Shown: one piece after another, positions 36,617 to 46,675 of the stretch
How the letters are laid out: each line of letters begins with the position of its first letter
Position numbering within the stretch: the stretch's first letter is position 1
NCBI GenBank assembly: GCA_013265495.1
Contig: MU063252.1
Coordinates: 2,542,001 to 2,606,000 of the forward strand
Direction of reading: 5' to 3'
Length of the DNA: 64,000 bases
Source: Vicugna vicugna
Lineage: Eukaryota
Notes under the pieces: model-generated
Database searches by the model: none
Told to the model about the DNA's origin: nothing
Seen by the model: only the letters and a program-made list of their open reading frames with translations
Made by a program: the position numbers and the translations under genes

Positions 36617-37346
36617 GTGAGTCTCCATCTCATTTGGGGGGGGTAGGCTGGGGGTGGTCAGAAGAAGCTGTTTCAAGGTAAGTAACACCAGAGTCTGGGA
36701 GAGGAGGGAGAGAGGGAGGAAGGGCCTAACCCGGCTGGTCTCAGGCCCTCAGAGTAGCCCCTGCCTGTATTTACAGCTGAGGAGCTGGGTTGTCCTGTGA
36801 GCTTTGGCACAGCCCCTCACCAGACACCCCTGCACCCCTCCAGCTCTCCCGTTGCTTGGTGGGTGCAGCCCAGGCCCTTTCCAACTCCCTCAAAGGCTCC
36901 AGGGGAGGAACCAAAATTCCCCACCCCCAGCCTGGCCCTATCTGAGTCTTTAGCTGCTAGTCTGGGAGGAATGCCCAGCCTCCTGGGCTCAGGCTGTCTC
37001 CTTAGGGGCACTGAGCCCCCAACCTCAGGCTTCCCTACCATCTCCTGTGATGTGGTTCCAGGACATCAGCTCTTGTTCCTGAAGGCCATGTGGTTGACCA
37101 CGTGTGCGCTCCTGTGCACTGGGGCAGTTCCCTGCCAGCCAGGCCCCAGCCCAGCCTGAAGCTTCATGACCTATCTTGCCTCTGGCTCTTACCCTGGCCC
37201 TGACCTGCTTCCTCGGGTGGAGCCCAGGGTCAGAGCAGGGGTCCCTGTCCTGGCATGGAGGGCTCTGGCCTACAAGCAGGGGGAGTGGGAACCTGGGGCA
37301 GCCAAGTGGGGCTTGAGTTCAGTTTGGGCTCTGAGCCGTGTCCACC

Positions 37347-37478
37347 NNNNNNNNNNNNNNNNNNNNNNNNNNNNNNNNNNNNNNNNNNNNNNNNNNNNNN
37401 NNNNNNNNNNNNNNNNNNNNNNNNNNNNNNNNNNNNNNNNNNNNNNNNNNNNNNNNNNNNNNNNNNNNNNNNNNNNNN
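37347..37478 (+). other. ELL: N gap (132 nt) where the coding part of ELL terminal exon 12 is expected
   Basis: The expected last coding exon (about 117 nt in human, recalled) is not visible anywhere else. The gap follows a pyrimidine-rich ...gtccacc and precedes 3'UTR-like sequence (ATTTATTTAAAAAAATAAAC). Confidence 0.75.
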
Positions 37479-39540
37479 GAGGCCACCGGGCAGGAGGTCC
37501 CATCGGCCAGCCAGGCCAGCTGGCCTCACCCGGCTGACTGTTCTGAATGGTGGGGGAGCTGGGGGCGAGGGGGAGCTGAAGATGAGGAAAAAAGAGATTT
37601 ATTTAAAAAAATAAACATGAGGAAGACACATTCATCTGAGCCAGAAACGCCGGCTTTCCGGGGAGCCCCTGCCGCCCTGGTTCCCACAGGTCACACAGAT
37701 CCAGGTGGGGTATCTGGCTCCCCCAGGCCCCACACCTCCTGAGCAGCCCCCCGGCCTAGGACGGGCTCCCCAAGGAGCCCACCTCCTCACCAGCCCAAGG
37801 GGCATCAACTTCCTGTCAGTGAAAGACTTCGAGGCCANNNNNNNNNNNNNNNNNNNNNNNNNNNNNNNNNNNNNNNNNNNNNNNNNNNNNNNNNNNNNNN
37901 NNNNNNNNNNNNNNNNNNNNNNNNNNNNNNNNNNNNNNNNNNNNNNNNNNNNNNNNNNNNNNNNNNNCCAGGGTCTAGACGCTGCCCTGTGTCCTTTCTA
38001 CAGTATTAACAGACGCCCTCAGAAAGTTCGGCGTCGTTCCTGCAAGCTCTGAGGAGAACCCATGGTGGGGCGGGGGTGCCTCTCCCCGGCTGGTCTCCCG
38101 CGGACACCGCCTCTCCCTCCCAAGCAGAGGCTCTGCTCTAAGGGGGCGGGCAAGGTGACGCGACCCCTACAGCTCTATTTCGAAAACTCCAGTTGGCCTG
38201 GGAGCAGCTGCTGGGAGCCACCAGGCCCCCCTGCTATTTCAGGCCCTCAGCTGTCCGGGGGTCACGGGGAGTTTTCTGTGCTTGTAGCTCATGCTCTGCA
38301 GCAACAGTGTCAGATTTTTTTTGATCGTCTTCTCAATTTTCCCCTTTGCTGCTGCTCTTCATTTCGCACTGTTGAGACCCAGTGGTCTCCATGCTGTTGA
38401 CCTCGCTCCGTCCCTCAGCCCACTCATGGGTCCTGGGGTCGTCTTTGCAGAGCCACTGCAGGGTTTGCACTCAGGGAGGGGCTAGGGGTTGGTGGAGCCA
38501 GGGGGACCCCCAAGAGTGAGCTCAGAAAAGGCGCCTGATCCATCCACCCTGGGGACGCTGGCCTGCAGACACCCCAATTGCTGCTTAGTCACTGTGCCTA
38601 GTCTGATGTCCCCCAAAGTGTCGGGGGGGTTGCGTGTGTTTGTGTGTGTGTGAGGGGCCCCGCCAGGGTGTGCGGGGGTCTGAGGCATGCGTTCATGTGA
38701 ATTCAGGGCCACGTTCAGCGAAGCCACGACTGGGGAAGGTGGTAGAGGTGGTTGCGACCCACAGCCCAGGAGTCACAGATGGGGAGGGGGGTTGCTTCCA
38801 CCAACAGTAGTGAGGCAGGGAGAGCAGAACTGCTCACTCAGACATGTCTATTTTTCTAAGCTGTGGGGGTGTCTGCTAATGGCTTCCCAAAGAGCAGGCG
38901 CGCCTACAGTGTGCCCACCCACCCCAGAGTCTCCACGGGACCCCTGGGGTGCCTGGAGTGCCAAGGAAGCTCATCCTTTATGTTTCAATAGCTGTTGTGT
39001 TGTTTTTCATCTGGGGAAGGGCTGAGCAGACCCTGGAAGCCCGAGTTCTGCAGACAGCCATCTTGTACCTGGCTGGACCTGCAGACTTGGTAAAACGGGA
39101 TGGTTGTCGGAGGCCACACCGTGGAGGCCGACCTGCCTGCCCTCTGCCCTCGGATCCAGTTCAAGGGACTCTGAGTTGAATTTCCTTCTTCTTGTTTTTT
39201 TGTTGTTGTTTTTCTCCTTTTAAGGAATTTTGAAGCTAAGAAATGTTTTGTGCTTTGGGGGTTGATGGACAAAAGTTCTAGCTGATTAAATATGGTCTAA
39301 CTTATTGATACTGTGTTTTTTTTTCTTTTAATATTGTACTGTGGAGAAAAACTGTTTTGAGCCATGGAGTTGGTGTTTACAAGAACTTTTCACTTTTGCC
39401 AAAATGTTACAATTGAAAGGCATCTGCATCTTTGGTTTCCTAATATTTTCTTAAAAGATCTAGTGTCCTTTTTGTACACTAAACAGGTGAATGCTGATTT
39501 TTTTCAACCTACAATAAATTTCACTGAACTGAACCTATCA
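37479..39540 (+). other. ELL: ELL 3' UTR (approximate; contains gap 37838-37967)
   Basis: Lies after the last coding exon, has a U-rich distal part and ends after AATAAA at 39513. Confidence 0.75.
39513..39518 (+). terminator. ELL: ELL distal polyadenylation signal AATAAA
   Basis: AATAAA with upstream TGTA (39473-39476) and GU-rich sequence downstream. Confidence 0.8.
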
Positions 39541-41149
39541 GCCCAAGCTGGGTGTGCATATGTCAGTCCCCAGGGGTGGGGGTTGGTTCTGTGTGGGGGT
39601 GGGCAGGAGTCAGGAGGCAACCTGGCCCTGGGGCGACCACGGTAACGAGTGGAGGGGGGTGCATAGGCTGGTACTGGGCAGAGAAGGCGTCCTGGGCAGG
39701 CTGCCAGAGCCACTGCCCAGGAGTGAGTCCAGCAGGTGGAGGGCTAACCTGAGGTCGAGGGCCCTGCAGGTGCCAGAGCAGGAGGCCAGACCGCCAGGTC
39801 ATAGGGAGGAAATGTCTGAGATGGGAGGTGGGGACAGCGGGGAGCCATGACTGGTGTGTGAGCAGGGTAGGCCCTCCCCATCTCGTGAATAGGGTAGGCT
39901 GAGCCAGGCAGGGAGATCCCCGGGTCCCTGGCAGCACCAAAGCCCCCGGTAGTGGGGCCACATGGGACCAAGGGAGTGCCCTTATTTTGGGTAACTGAGC
40001 TGTGACTGACGATGAAAATAGCGAGTAACGGCACTGTTAGGTAACTCCTCCCAGGCTGGAATGCTGGGGGTAAGGGTCCCTACGGCCCCCGTGGGGACAG
40101 GAACACTGAGGCCCAGTGGAGCCCCACAGACCCAGGACACCAGTTGGGATAGCTGTCCTTGCCCCTTGTTCCAAAGGCAGGGGCAGGTTCTACCCTCCAA
40201 GGACATGGTAGGGGGATGTTTATTTTAGGAAGGAAAAACAGACAAAGTATAAGACCAGGATTAAAGGGGTCCAGGGGTCAGGGACTGTGGGTCTTACCCT
40301 CTCCAGTGGCCCTGCTGGCCAGCGTCCTTGGCCTGAGTTCTGAGGCGGCCCAGGAATCTGAGGGGCGCGGGAGGTGAGGTCAGGCAGGCCCTGCGGGCCA
40401 GAATGTACCCTGCTCCCTGGGCAGCCTGGCCACGCCTTTCTAACGGGATAACATCTCTGTCCCCACACCCTGGGGCCCAGGGCCGACACCTGCCTCCTTC
40501 AGCCTCGTCACGCCTCAGCCTTGCCTTGCCCACCAGCCCCCTGCCAGGCTCGCCCACAGCCCCCGCACTGCCCAGCAGCACCCTGGTCATTGGGCCCTTA
40601 GTGCACCATGGCCACAGGCCATTCCCTGACCATCCTTCCTGAGCTGAGGACACCAAAAGTCTAGCCCCCAGGGGGCCCAGAAGGGTCTTCTCGCCCTCAT
40701 GACCTGCACCGTGGCCAAGGGGCTCTGTGTTGCCCACCAGCCCCTGCCACTTGCTGGACAACGTCCTCCTGCCACCACCTGGGTCCCACCAGCCCTCCGT
40801 GCACCGGGCTCAGTCTGGGCACTGGCACTCAGCAGTGACCAAGACAGCTCTGCCCCTGCCCTTGGGAGCCTGCAGTCTCATGGGTATGGGGGTCCCTGGT
40901 CGCTCATGGACCACCTGCAGGCAGCACATTCATGCTGTGTCACACCCCCAGACAGTCCCTACAGTCCCCTTACAGCTCCAACTGACTGCTTGGAATAGAA
41001 GCATCCAGAAGCCATATCTCTCCCCGCTGCCCCAGCACTGCCCCTCCAGGGAGCCTGCCTGGGCCCGCTCTGTCTCTGCCCCGCACCACCTTCCTGCCAG
41101 TACCTCTCACAGGCTGCCCTGTGAATGCTGGGGTTCCCCAGGGCTGGGT

Positions 41150-41672
41150 CTTTGGAGATTTTTCTGTACACATTCCTGTGATGTCACATGTGGCCTGGAG
41201 GCGCCAGCTCCCTCAGATTCTCCAACACCAACTGGACATCCAACAGTTCACTTCCCAGGTCTGGCATCAGACCCCACATGTTATGGGGCTCAGGGCCCCA
41301 TTTCAGACACCAACCACAAAGTCTCTGGCCACCCATAATTCTGACCATTCAGCTATAAATTGGGAGTTCCTTTACCCCCTTGGAGGTTTGGTAATTTGCT
41401 AGAATGGCTCTCAGTGCTTAGGAAAACACTTCAATCACCAAATGGAGGCAATGCAGAGGCCAGGGTGTAGGGGATGGCACGAGGCTGCCAGGACTCCTCC
41501 AGGTATGCCACCCTCCCAGCACCTCCATGTGTTCACCCAAACCCCATTGTTTAGGGGTTTTTAGCAGAGGTTTCAGCACATAGACAGGATTGAGTAAATC
41601 ACTGGCCCCTATGAATAAACTCAATCTCAAGCCAGGAACTGGGGACAAAACTCAAATATTTATTATACCATA
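41150..41672. mobile_element. MER21-type LTR between ELL and ISYNA1
   Basis: cagattctccaacaccaactggacatcc, ataattctgaccattcagctataaattggg, ggtaatttgctagaatggctc. Confidence 0.65.
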
Positions 41673-42859
41673 ATCCCCGTCCCCAGCCCTAAAGTTCTGC
41701 CCTGGTCCCCAAACTGCCTCCCTCCCCCTCACACCCATCCCCTTTTCTTATGCCCTAGAAACCACTCCCCTAGGTTTTTTCCCAGGCAGCTCTTCATATA
41801 TTTGATAAGAGATGTCTTCATATCTCAAGACCCCTTCCAGCAGCCACCTCCTCCAGGCAGTCTGCCCTGCCCCACCCTGCCTCTTAGGTCCCCAGTCCAC
41901 TTCTGACTTCCTCACACTAGAGCCCCTTGAAGGCAAAAGCCTAGACCAGAAGCCCCCAACCCCCAAGGCCAGGCCCTGACCATGTTTCCTGCGAATGATC
42001 CCAACTATTCACCTTTTGGGTCAGCTCCAGTGGTGGAAACTTTCCAGCCGGAGGAGGCCGCTTGTTTTGGAAAGTTCCTGGGGGAGCCGCCCCCGCCCGC
42101 CTGCCGGGTTCCCACGCTCCTTTATCACTGGCGCTTAGAGGGGCTCAGTGCTGTGCAGGCTTAGCTCCTCCCCAGCTGGCTGCCTCTGCCCTGCCCACCC
42201 CCTTCCCTCCTTTCCCCAGCGAACAGCCTCCTCCACCCCAACTCCAGCCTGGCCCTATCAAGCCCTCCTGCTACAAGTGGGGAAACCTAGGCCTCGCAGC
42301 CCCCTAATTCCTGAGTGAGCCCTGTCGGGGGTGGGGGTGTGCCCGGAGGGCGCTGCTGCTCTGAAAGGGGGAGGGGGAGGCAGCTTGGGCTGGAGGAGTG
42401 TCTAGCGTTGAAATACGAATCCTGGCTTAGTCTTCTGCTTCAGCGTCCAGTGCCTCAGTTTCTCCAGAGACCCCCCCCCAACTCCTCAAAGGCCCAGCCT
42501 CCTTTCCTAGCTCCACTTCCTGCCTTGAGGCTGGGGCCTGGCCCTCATTTTCAGCCTTCAAGTCCTCTTTCGCAAACGGGGATACGCTGCCGAGGGCCCT
42601 AACCGCCTGTGGTGCGAAGTGAATCACGCGCGCCGAGCTCGGGCCGGGGGTCTGCAACCCACGTGATTGCCTGGCCGCAGGAGACCGGGCAGAGGCCAGA
42701 TATCCGCGAAGGCTCAGGACAGCAGGGCCTCGAACCCAAGACCAAGATCGGTGAGCGCCCTCCCCCCTGCTCCGGGGACCGCCCCTCCTCCGGGGCGCGG
42801 GCGGGGCGAGGGGCGGGGCGGGGGTGGGGCCGGGGCTCTTTTCTCTGGAGTTCGCGCGC

Positions 42860-42904
42860 CCTGAGCCCTAGCCGTCCGCCGCTGTCTCAGCCGACTCTGC
42901 GCTG
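42860..42904 (+). other. ISYNA1: ISYNA1 non-coding exon 1 (5' end approximate)
   Basis: Donor gcgctg|gtgagt directly after the GC boxes; next acceptor ctccag at 43013 is followed by the ATG at 43023. Confidence 0.65.
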
Positions 42905-43022
42905 GTGAGTGCCGCCTGGGAGAGGTGCAGTCTCCCCGGGGACCGACCGAAGTCGGCTTGGCCCGGCCAGCTCTCAGGTCCCCGCTGACCTCTTGGCAAC
43001 CTCGTGCCTCCAGCTCGCCGCG

Positions 43023-43142
43023 ATGGAGGCCGCAGCCGAGTTCGTGGTCGAGAGCCCCGACGTAGTCTACAGCCCCGAGGCCATCGAGGCGCAATATGAG
43101 TACAGGACGACGTGCGTCAGCCGCGAGGGCGGCGTCCTCAAG
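43023..43142 (+). CDS. ISYNA1: ISYNA1 exon 2 coding part (MEAAAEFVVESPDVVYSPEAIEAQYEYRTTCVSREGGVLK)
   Basis: Good Kozak context gcgATGG; donor AAG|gtaggc. Confidence 0.95.
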
Positions 43143-43287
43143 GTAGGCGAGGGACCGAGTGGACCGTGGGGCTGGGGGAACCAGGGAGGCGGGAGGGAGC
43201 GGCAATTGCCCAACGTCTGCGACGCCCTCCCTGCAGCGAGGGGGGAGGGGCCTGTGGTCCCCAGCTCACCGCGGCGCCTGCCCCCAG

Positions 43288-43449
43288 GTGCACCCCACGT
43301 CCACGCGCTTCACCTTCCGGACCTCCCGGCAAGTGCCCCGACTCGGGGTCATGCTCGTCGGCTGGGGCGGGAACAACGGCTCCACGCTGACCGCTGCCGT
43401 GCTGGCCAACCGACTGCGCCTGTCTTGGCCCACGCGCACCGGCCGCAAG
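43288..43449 (+). CDS. ISYNA1: ISYNA1 exon 3 (162 nt; [14 protein letters not shown])
   Basis: ccccag|GTG...AAG|gtggga. Confidence 0.96.
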
Positions 43450-43817
43450 GTGGGAGGTCCGGCGGGGCTCGGTGGAAGAGAGGGCCTCGCAGGAATCCAC
43501 GCGGGGAGGGGCTCTACGGAGGAGAGGGTCCGCAGGGGGCGGGGCTCCTGGCTGCGGGCGGGCTCCTGGGAGGGGCTTCCATGGGGAGGCGGGGACTCCT
43601 TAGGGGTCTTACGGGGGCGGAGCCTAAGGTGTGGGGGAACTTCTGGATGGGACCTATGGAGGAGCTGCTTCCTGTCCTGGCTTGGAGCACTCTGCTGAAG
43701 CGCCTTTAACAGTAAGGCGGAGTTTAAGGGTGCTGGGCCGGGGCCCTTGCCGGCTCATAGCCCTCCCCATGTCACACCCACCCTTCACTCGGCCCCATCT
43801 TCCGCACCGCCCCCCAG

Positions 43818-43950
43818 GAGGCCAACTACTACGGCTCGCTGACGCAGGCGGGCACCGTTAGCTTGGGCCTGGACGCCGAGGGCCAGGAGGTGTTCGTGCC
43901 CTTCAACGCGCTGCTGCCCATGGTGGCGCCCGACGACCTGGTGTTCGACG
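43818..43950 (+). CDS. ISYNA1: ISYNA1 exon 4 (133 nt; [13 protein letters not shown]...PDDLVFD)
   Basis: ccccag|GAG...GACG|gtgggc. Confidence 0.95.
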
Positions 43951-44042
43951 GTGGGCGGGGCCCTGGGCCGGGGGTAGGGTGGGAGGCGGGACATGGAGGG
44001 GCCCAGGCAGCGGGCCGGGCCGAGCTTGAGGGTCCCCTCTAG

Positions 44043-44236
44043 GCTGGGACATATCGTCGCTGAACCTGGCGGAGGCTATGCGGCGCGCGCAGGTACTGGA
44101 TTGGGGGCTGCAGGAGCAGCTGTGGCCGCACATGGAGGCCCTGCGCCCACGGCCTTCTGTCTACATCCCGGAGTTCATCGCAGCTAACCAGAGTGCGCGC
44201 GCCGACAACCTCATTCAGGGCACGCGCGCACAGCAG
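44043..44236 (+). CDS. ISYNA1: ISYNA1 exon 5 (194 nt; WDISSLNLAEAMRRAQ...FIAANQSARADNLIQGTRAQQ)
   Basis: ctctag|GC...CAG|gtgctg. Confidence 0.95.
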
Positions 44237-44452
44237 GTGCTGCCCCTCCCTGCACCCCTTTTATCCCCTGCCACTTGTTCTCCCCCGCCATTTTTGTCCC
44301 CCCGGCCACCTGTTCTCCCGTCTTTATCCCCATGCTCCCATCCTGAGGGTTCAGGCCCTACTTTGCACTTAGGGAACTGAATAGCCCAGGCTTTCACAGG
44401 TCGGGGGAGCCTGTACAACCTCCCTCTTCTGCCCTCTTCCCCCAACCCCTAG

Positions 44453-44602
44453 CTGGAGCAGATCCGTAGGGACATCCGTGACTTCCGGTCCAGCGCCGGG
44501 CTGGACAAAGTCATCGTGCTGTGGACAGCAAACACGGAGCGCTTCTGTGAAGTGGTCCCGGGCCTTAATGACACTGCTGAGAACCTGCTGCGCACCATCC
44601 AG
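44453..44602 (+). CDS. ISYNA1: ISYNA1 exon 6 (150 nt; [12 protein letters not shown]...[10 protein letters not shown]...RTIQ)
   Basis: cccctag|CTG...CAG|gtgggt. Confidence 0.96.
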
Positions 44603-44683
44603 GTGGGTGCGCCCAGGAATGGGGTTGGGTGGGGTCAGGGCCAGCCCCCAAGCTCTGCGCTGACTGCCCGCCTGTTTCCGCAG

Positions 44684-44899
44684 CTGGGTCTGGAGGTGTC
44701 GCCCTCCACACTCTTTGCCGTGGCCAGCATCTTGGAGGGCTGTGCCTTCCTCAATGGGTCCCCACAGAACACGCTGGTGCCTGGTGCTCTCGAGCTGGCG
44801 TGGCAGCGCCGCGTCTTTGTGGGTGGAGATGACTTTAAGTCAGGCCAGACCAAAGTCAAGTCTGTGCTCGTTGATTTCCTTATCGGCTCCGGCCTCAAG
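44684..44899 (+). CDS. ISYNA1: ISYNA1 exon 7 (216 nt; LGLEVSPST...NGSPQNT...[13 protein letters not shown]...GSGLK)
   Basis: ccgcag|CTG...AAG|gtgcgt. Confidence 0.96.
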
Positions 44900-45009
44900 G
44901 TGCGTGGACATGAGGGGCTGCTCAGCTCAGAATGGGGGTCCTGGGCCACGAGGGCTGGGCTTGTGCATTGCAGAGTCTGCAGCTGCTACAGGTCCTCTTG
45001 TCCCCCTAG

Positions 45010-45174
45010 ACCATGTCCATCGTGAGCTATAACCATTTGGGCAACAACGACGGGCAGAACCTGTCGGCGCCGCCACAATTCCGGTCTAAGGAGGTGTCCA
45101 AGAGCAGTGTGGTGGACGACATGGTGCAGAGCAACCCAGTGCTCTACGCGCCCGGCGAGGAGCCGGACCACTGC
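45010..45174 (+). CDS. ISYNA1: ISYNA1 exon 8 (165 nt; [28 protein letters not shown]...EPDHC)
   Basis: cccctag|ACC...TGC|gtgcgt. Confidence 0.96.
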
Positions 45175-45263
45175 GTGCGTGGGGCGCAGGCGCAGCAGAA
45201 GGGGTGGGAGGCGTCCCCAACACAGAAAGGCAGGGACCTGTGTGACTTCATGCTGTCTCCCAG

Positions 45264-45377
45264 GTGGTCATCAAGTACGTGCCATACGTGGGTGACAGCA
45301 AGCGCGCACTGGATGAGTACACATCGGAGCTGATGCTAGGCGGTACCAACACACTGGTGCTGCACAACACGTGCGAG
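45264..45377 (+). CDS. ISYNA1: ISYNA1 exon 9 (114 nt; [19 protein letters not shown]...LHNTCE)
   Basis: ctcccag|GTG...GAG|gtgcgg. Confidence 0.96.
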
Positions 45378-45450
45378 GTGCGGGGCAAGAAGGGACAGGA
45401 GTGGGGCTGCCCATCAGCCTGGCCCGGCTCCTGACTCGTTGGCCCTGCAG

Positions 45451-45668
45451 GACTCACTCCTGGCCGCGCCCATCATGCTGGACCTGGCTCTGCTGACTGA
45501 ACTATGCCAGCGGGTGACCTTCTGCACCGACATCGACCCAGAGCCGCAGAGCTTCCACCCGGTGCTGTCACTACTGGGCTTCCTCTTCAAGGCGCCGCTT
45601 GCGCCGCCGGGCAGCCCTGTGGTCAACGCGCTCTTCCGCCAGCGCAGCTGCATTGAGAACATCCTCAG
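45451..45668 (+). CDS. ISYNA1: ISYNA1 exon 10 (218 nt; DSLLAAPIMLDL...FRQRSCIENIL)
   Basis: cctgcag|GAC...AG|gtgtgc. Confidence 0.96.
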
Positions 45669-45778
45669 GTGTGCCCCGGCCTTGGGGATCCCCATCCATG
45701 GCCCAGATGTCCACTGGCAGGGCTGCGCAGGGCACCAGTCTTGGGGTCTGGCCCTGCTGAGCCCTGACCCTCCCCCAG

Positions 45779-45980
45779 GGCCTGCGTGGGGCTCCCGCCA
45801 CAGAACCACATGCTTCTGGAGCACAAGATGGAGCGCCCTGGCCTCAAGCGAGTTGGGCTTGTGGCCACTGCCTGCCCTGTTCCTTGCAAGAAAGGATCAG
45901 CACCAACCGCCCCCAACGGCTGTACTGGTGACGCCAATGGGCACTCGCAGGCTGAGGCACCCCAGATGCCCACCACCTAA
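45779..45980 (+). CDS. ISYNA1: ISYNA1 exon 11 coding part (ACVGLPPQNHMLLEHK...PQMPTT*)
   Basis: ccccag|G...TAA. Confidence 0.95.
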
Positions 45981-46059
45981 GGCCAAGGCCATACAACTTC
46001 CCCATATCTCCTGCCCCCTTTGCTCCTCAGGACCCGACCCTTCCAGGCCTCCCAAAGAC

Positions 46060-46065
46060 AATAAA
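46060..46065 (+). terminator. ISYNA1: ISYNA1 polyadenylation signal AATAAA
   Basis: AATAAA 80 nt after the stop codon. Confidence 0.8.
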
Positions 46066-46335
46066 GTCAGTGCCACTATCAGCCATGCCTGTGGATTCTT
46101 AGCGCCTGCGACCTAACCCTACCCCGGCAACTCTAGCCCCATCTGTTTTTCACCAGGTAGACACCTACCTACCCTAAAAACTCGTCCCAACCCTCAACAG
46201 TTTCCAGAACCCCGTGGGGCCTCTGCCTAACCTCAACCCTTGAAGGTGCGGCTGAGACCCCAAGGTGCAGGTTGTCGCTGCAAGCCAAAGTGAAGAAGTA
46301 CAAGACCAGATACCAAAAACCAAAATCAAGTTACG

Positions 46336-46341
46336 TTTATT
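46336..46341 (-). terminator. SSBP4: SSBP4 polyadenylation signal AATAAA (- strand)
   Basis: TTTATT on the + strand; on the - strand it is followed by U/GU-rich ttgattttggtttttggt. Confidence 0.8.
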
Positions 46342-46645
46342 GATGGGGCCCACCCCTGCTGTCCAAAGGAAAGGAGGTCCCCAAGGAGCCCCCCTAGACA
46401 AAACAGAAATGACCGGAAGGGCCCATACAGGAAAGAACATCTCTGAGGTCCTTGGGTTTTTTATAAAATGAATGAGTCCTTCTCGCGGGGCCTCCCAGCC
46501 ATCCAAGCTTTGACCAGGAGTCCAGTTGCCCGAGGTGCGACCTCAGACCCTCACCCTGTGGACTACCCGAGCCCCTGGACCTTGGCCCTGGGCAGGGGCG
46601 CTGGGCAGAAGCCAGGGCGGCAGTGGGCAAGGGGCTGCGGCCCCA

Positions 46646-46675
46646 TCACACGCTCATGGTCATCCCGGGGGAGTA
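46646..46675 (-). CDS. SSBP4: SSBP4 exon 18 coding part (YSPGMTMSV*)
   Basis: ccgcag|TAC TCC CCC GGG ATG ACC ATG AGC GTG TGA; family-typical C-terminus. Confidence 0.94.
   Translation of the reverse strand, partial: YSPGMTMSV

Larger units (their letters stand above)
11375..37478 (+). other. ELL: ELL gene span (RNA polymerase II elongation factor ELL), coding exons 2-12; exon 1 is upstream of the window
   Basis: Ten exons splice in frame through GT-AG sites and translate to recognisable ELL sequence (DSVSLRPSIRFQGSQG, HISIPQPDCP, RPFRDRVLHLLAL, C-terminal YKNDFNAEYSEYRDLHARI). Bases 1-11374 are interpreted as intron 1. Confidence 0.97.
42600..43700 (+). promoter_or_regulatory. ISYNA1: ISYNA1 CpG-island promoter, TATA-less, with GC boxes
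   Basis: High CpG density; tandem GGGGCGGGGC boxes at about 42800-42830; CACGTG E-box at 42660-42665; E2F-like TTCGCGCGCC at about 42851. Confidence 0.8.
43023..45980 (+). other. ISYNA1: ISYNA1 CDS span, inositol-3-phosphate synthase 1; 10 coding exons, 1674 nt, 557 aa
   Basis: All four MIPS core motifs are present: [33 protein letters not shown]. Exons join in frame from ATG to TAA. Confidence 0.98.

Noticed and set aside
42909-43709. 266-aa and 179-aa ORFs at the ISYNA1 5' end as separate proteins
   Set aside because: They are exon 2 or exon 3 read through into GC-rich introns; the spliced model explains the conserved parts.
45439-46116. 225-aa ORF as an alternative ISYNA1 C-terminus
   Set aside because: It is exon 10 run on through intron 10 into another frame; canonical splicing to exon 11 gives the family C-terminus.
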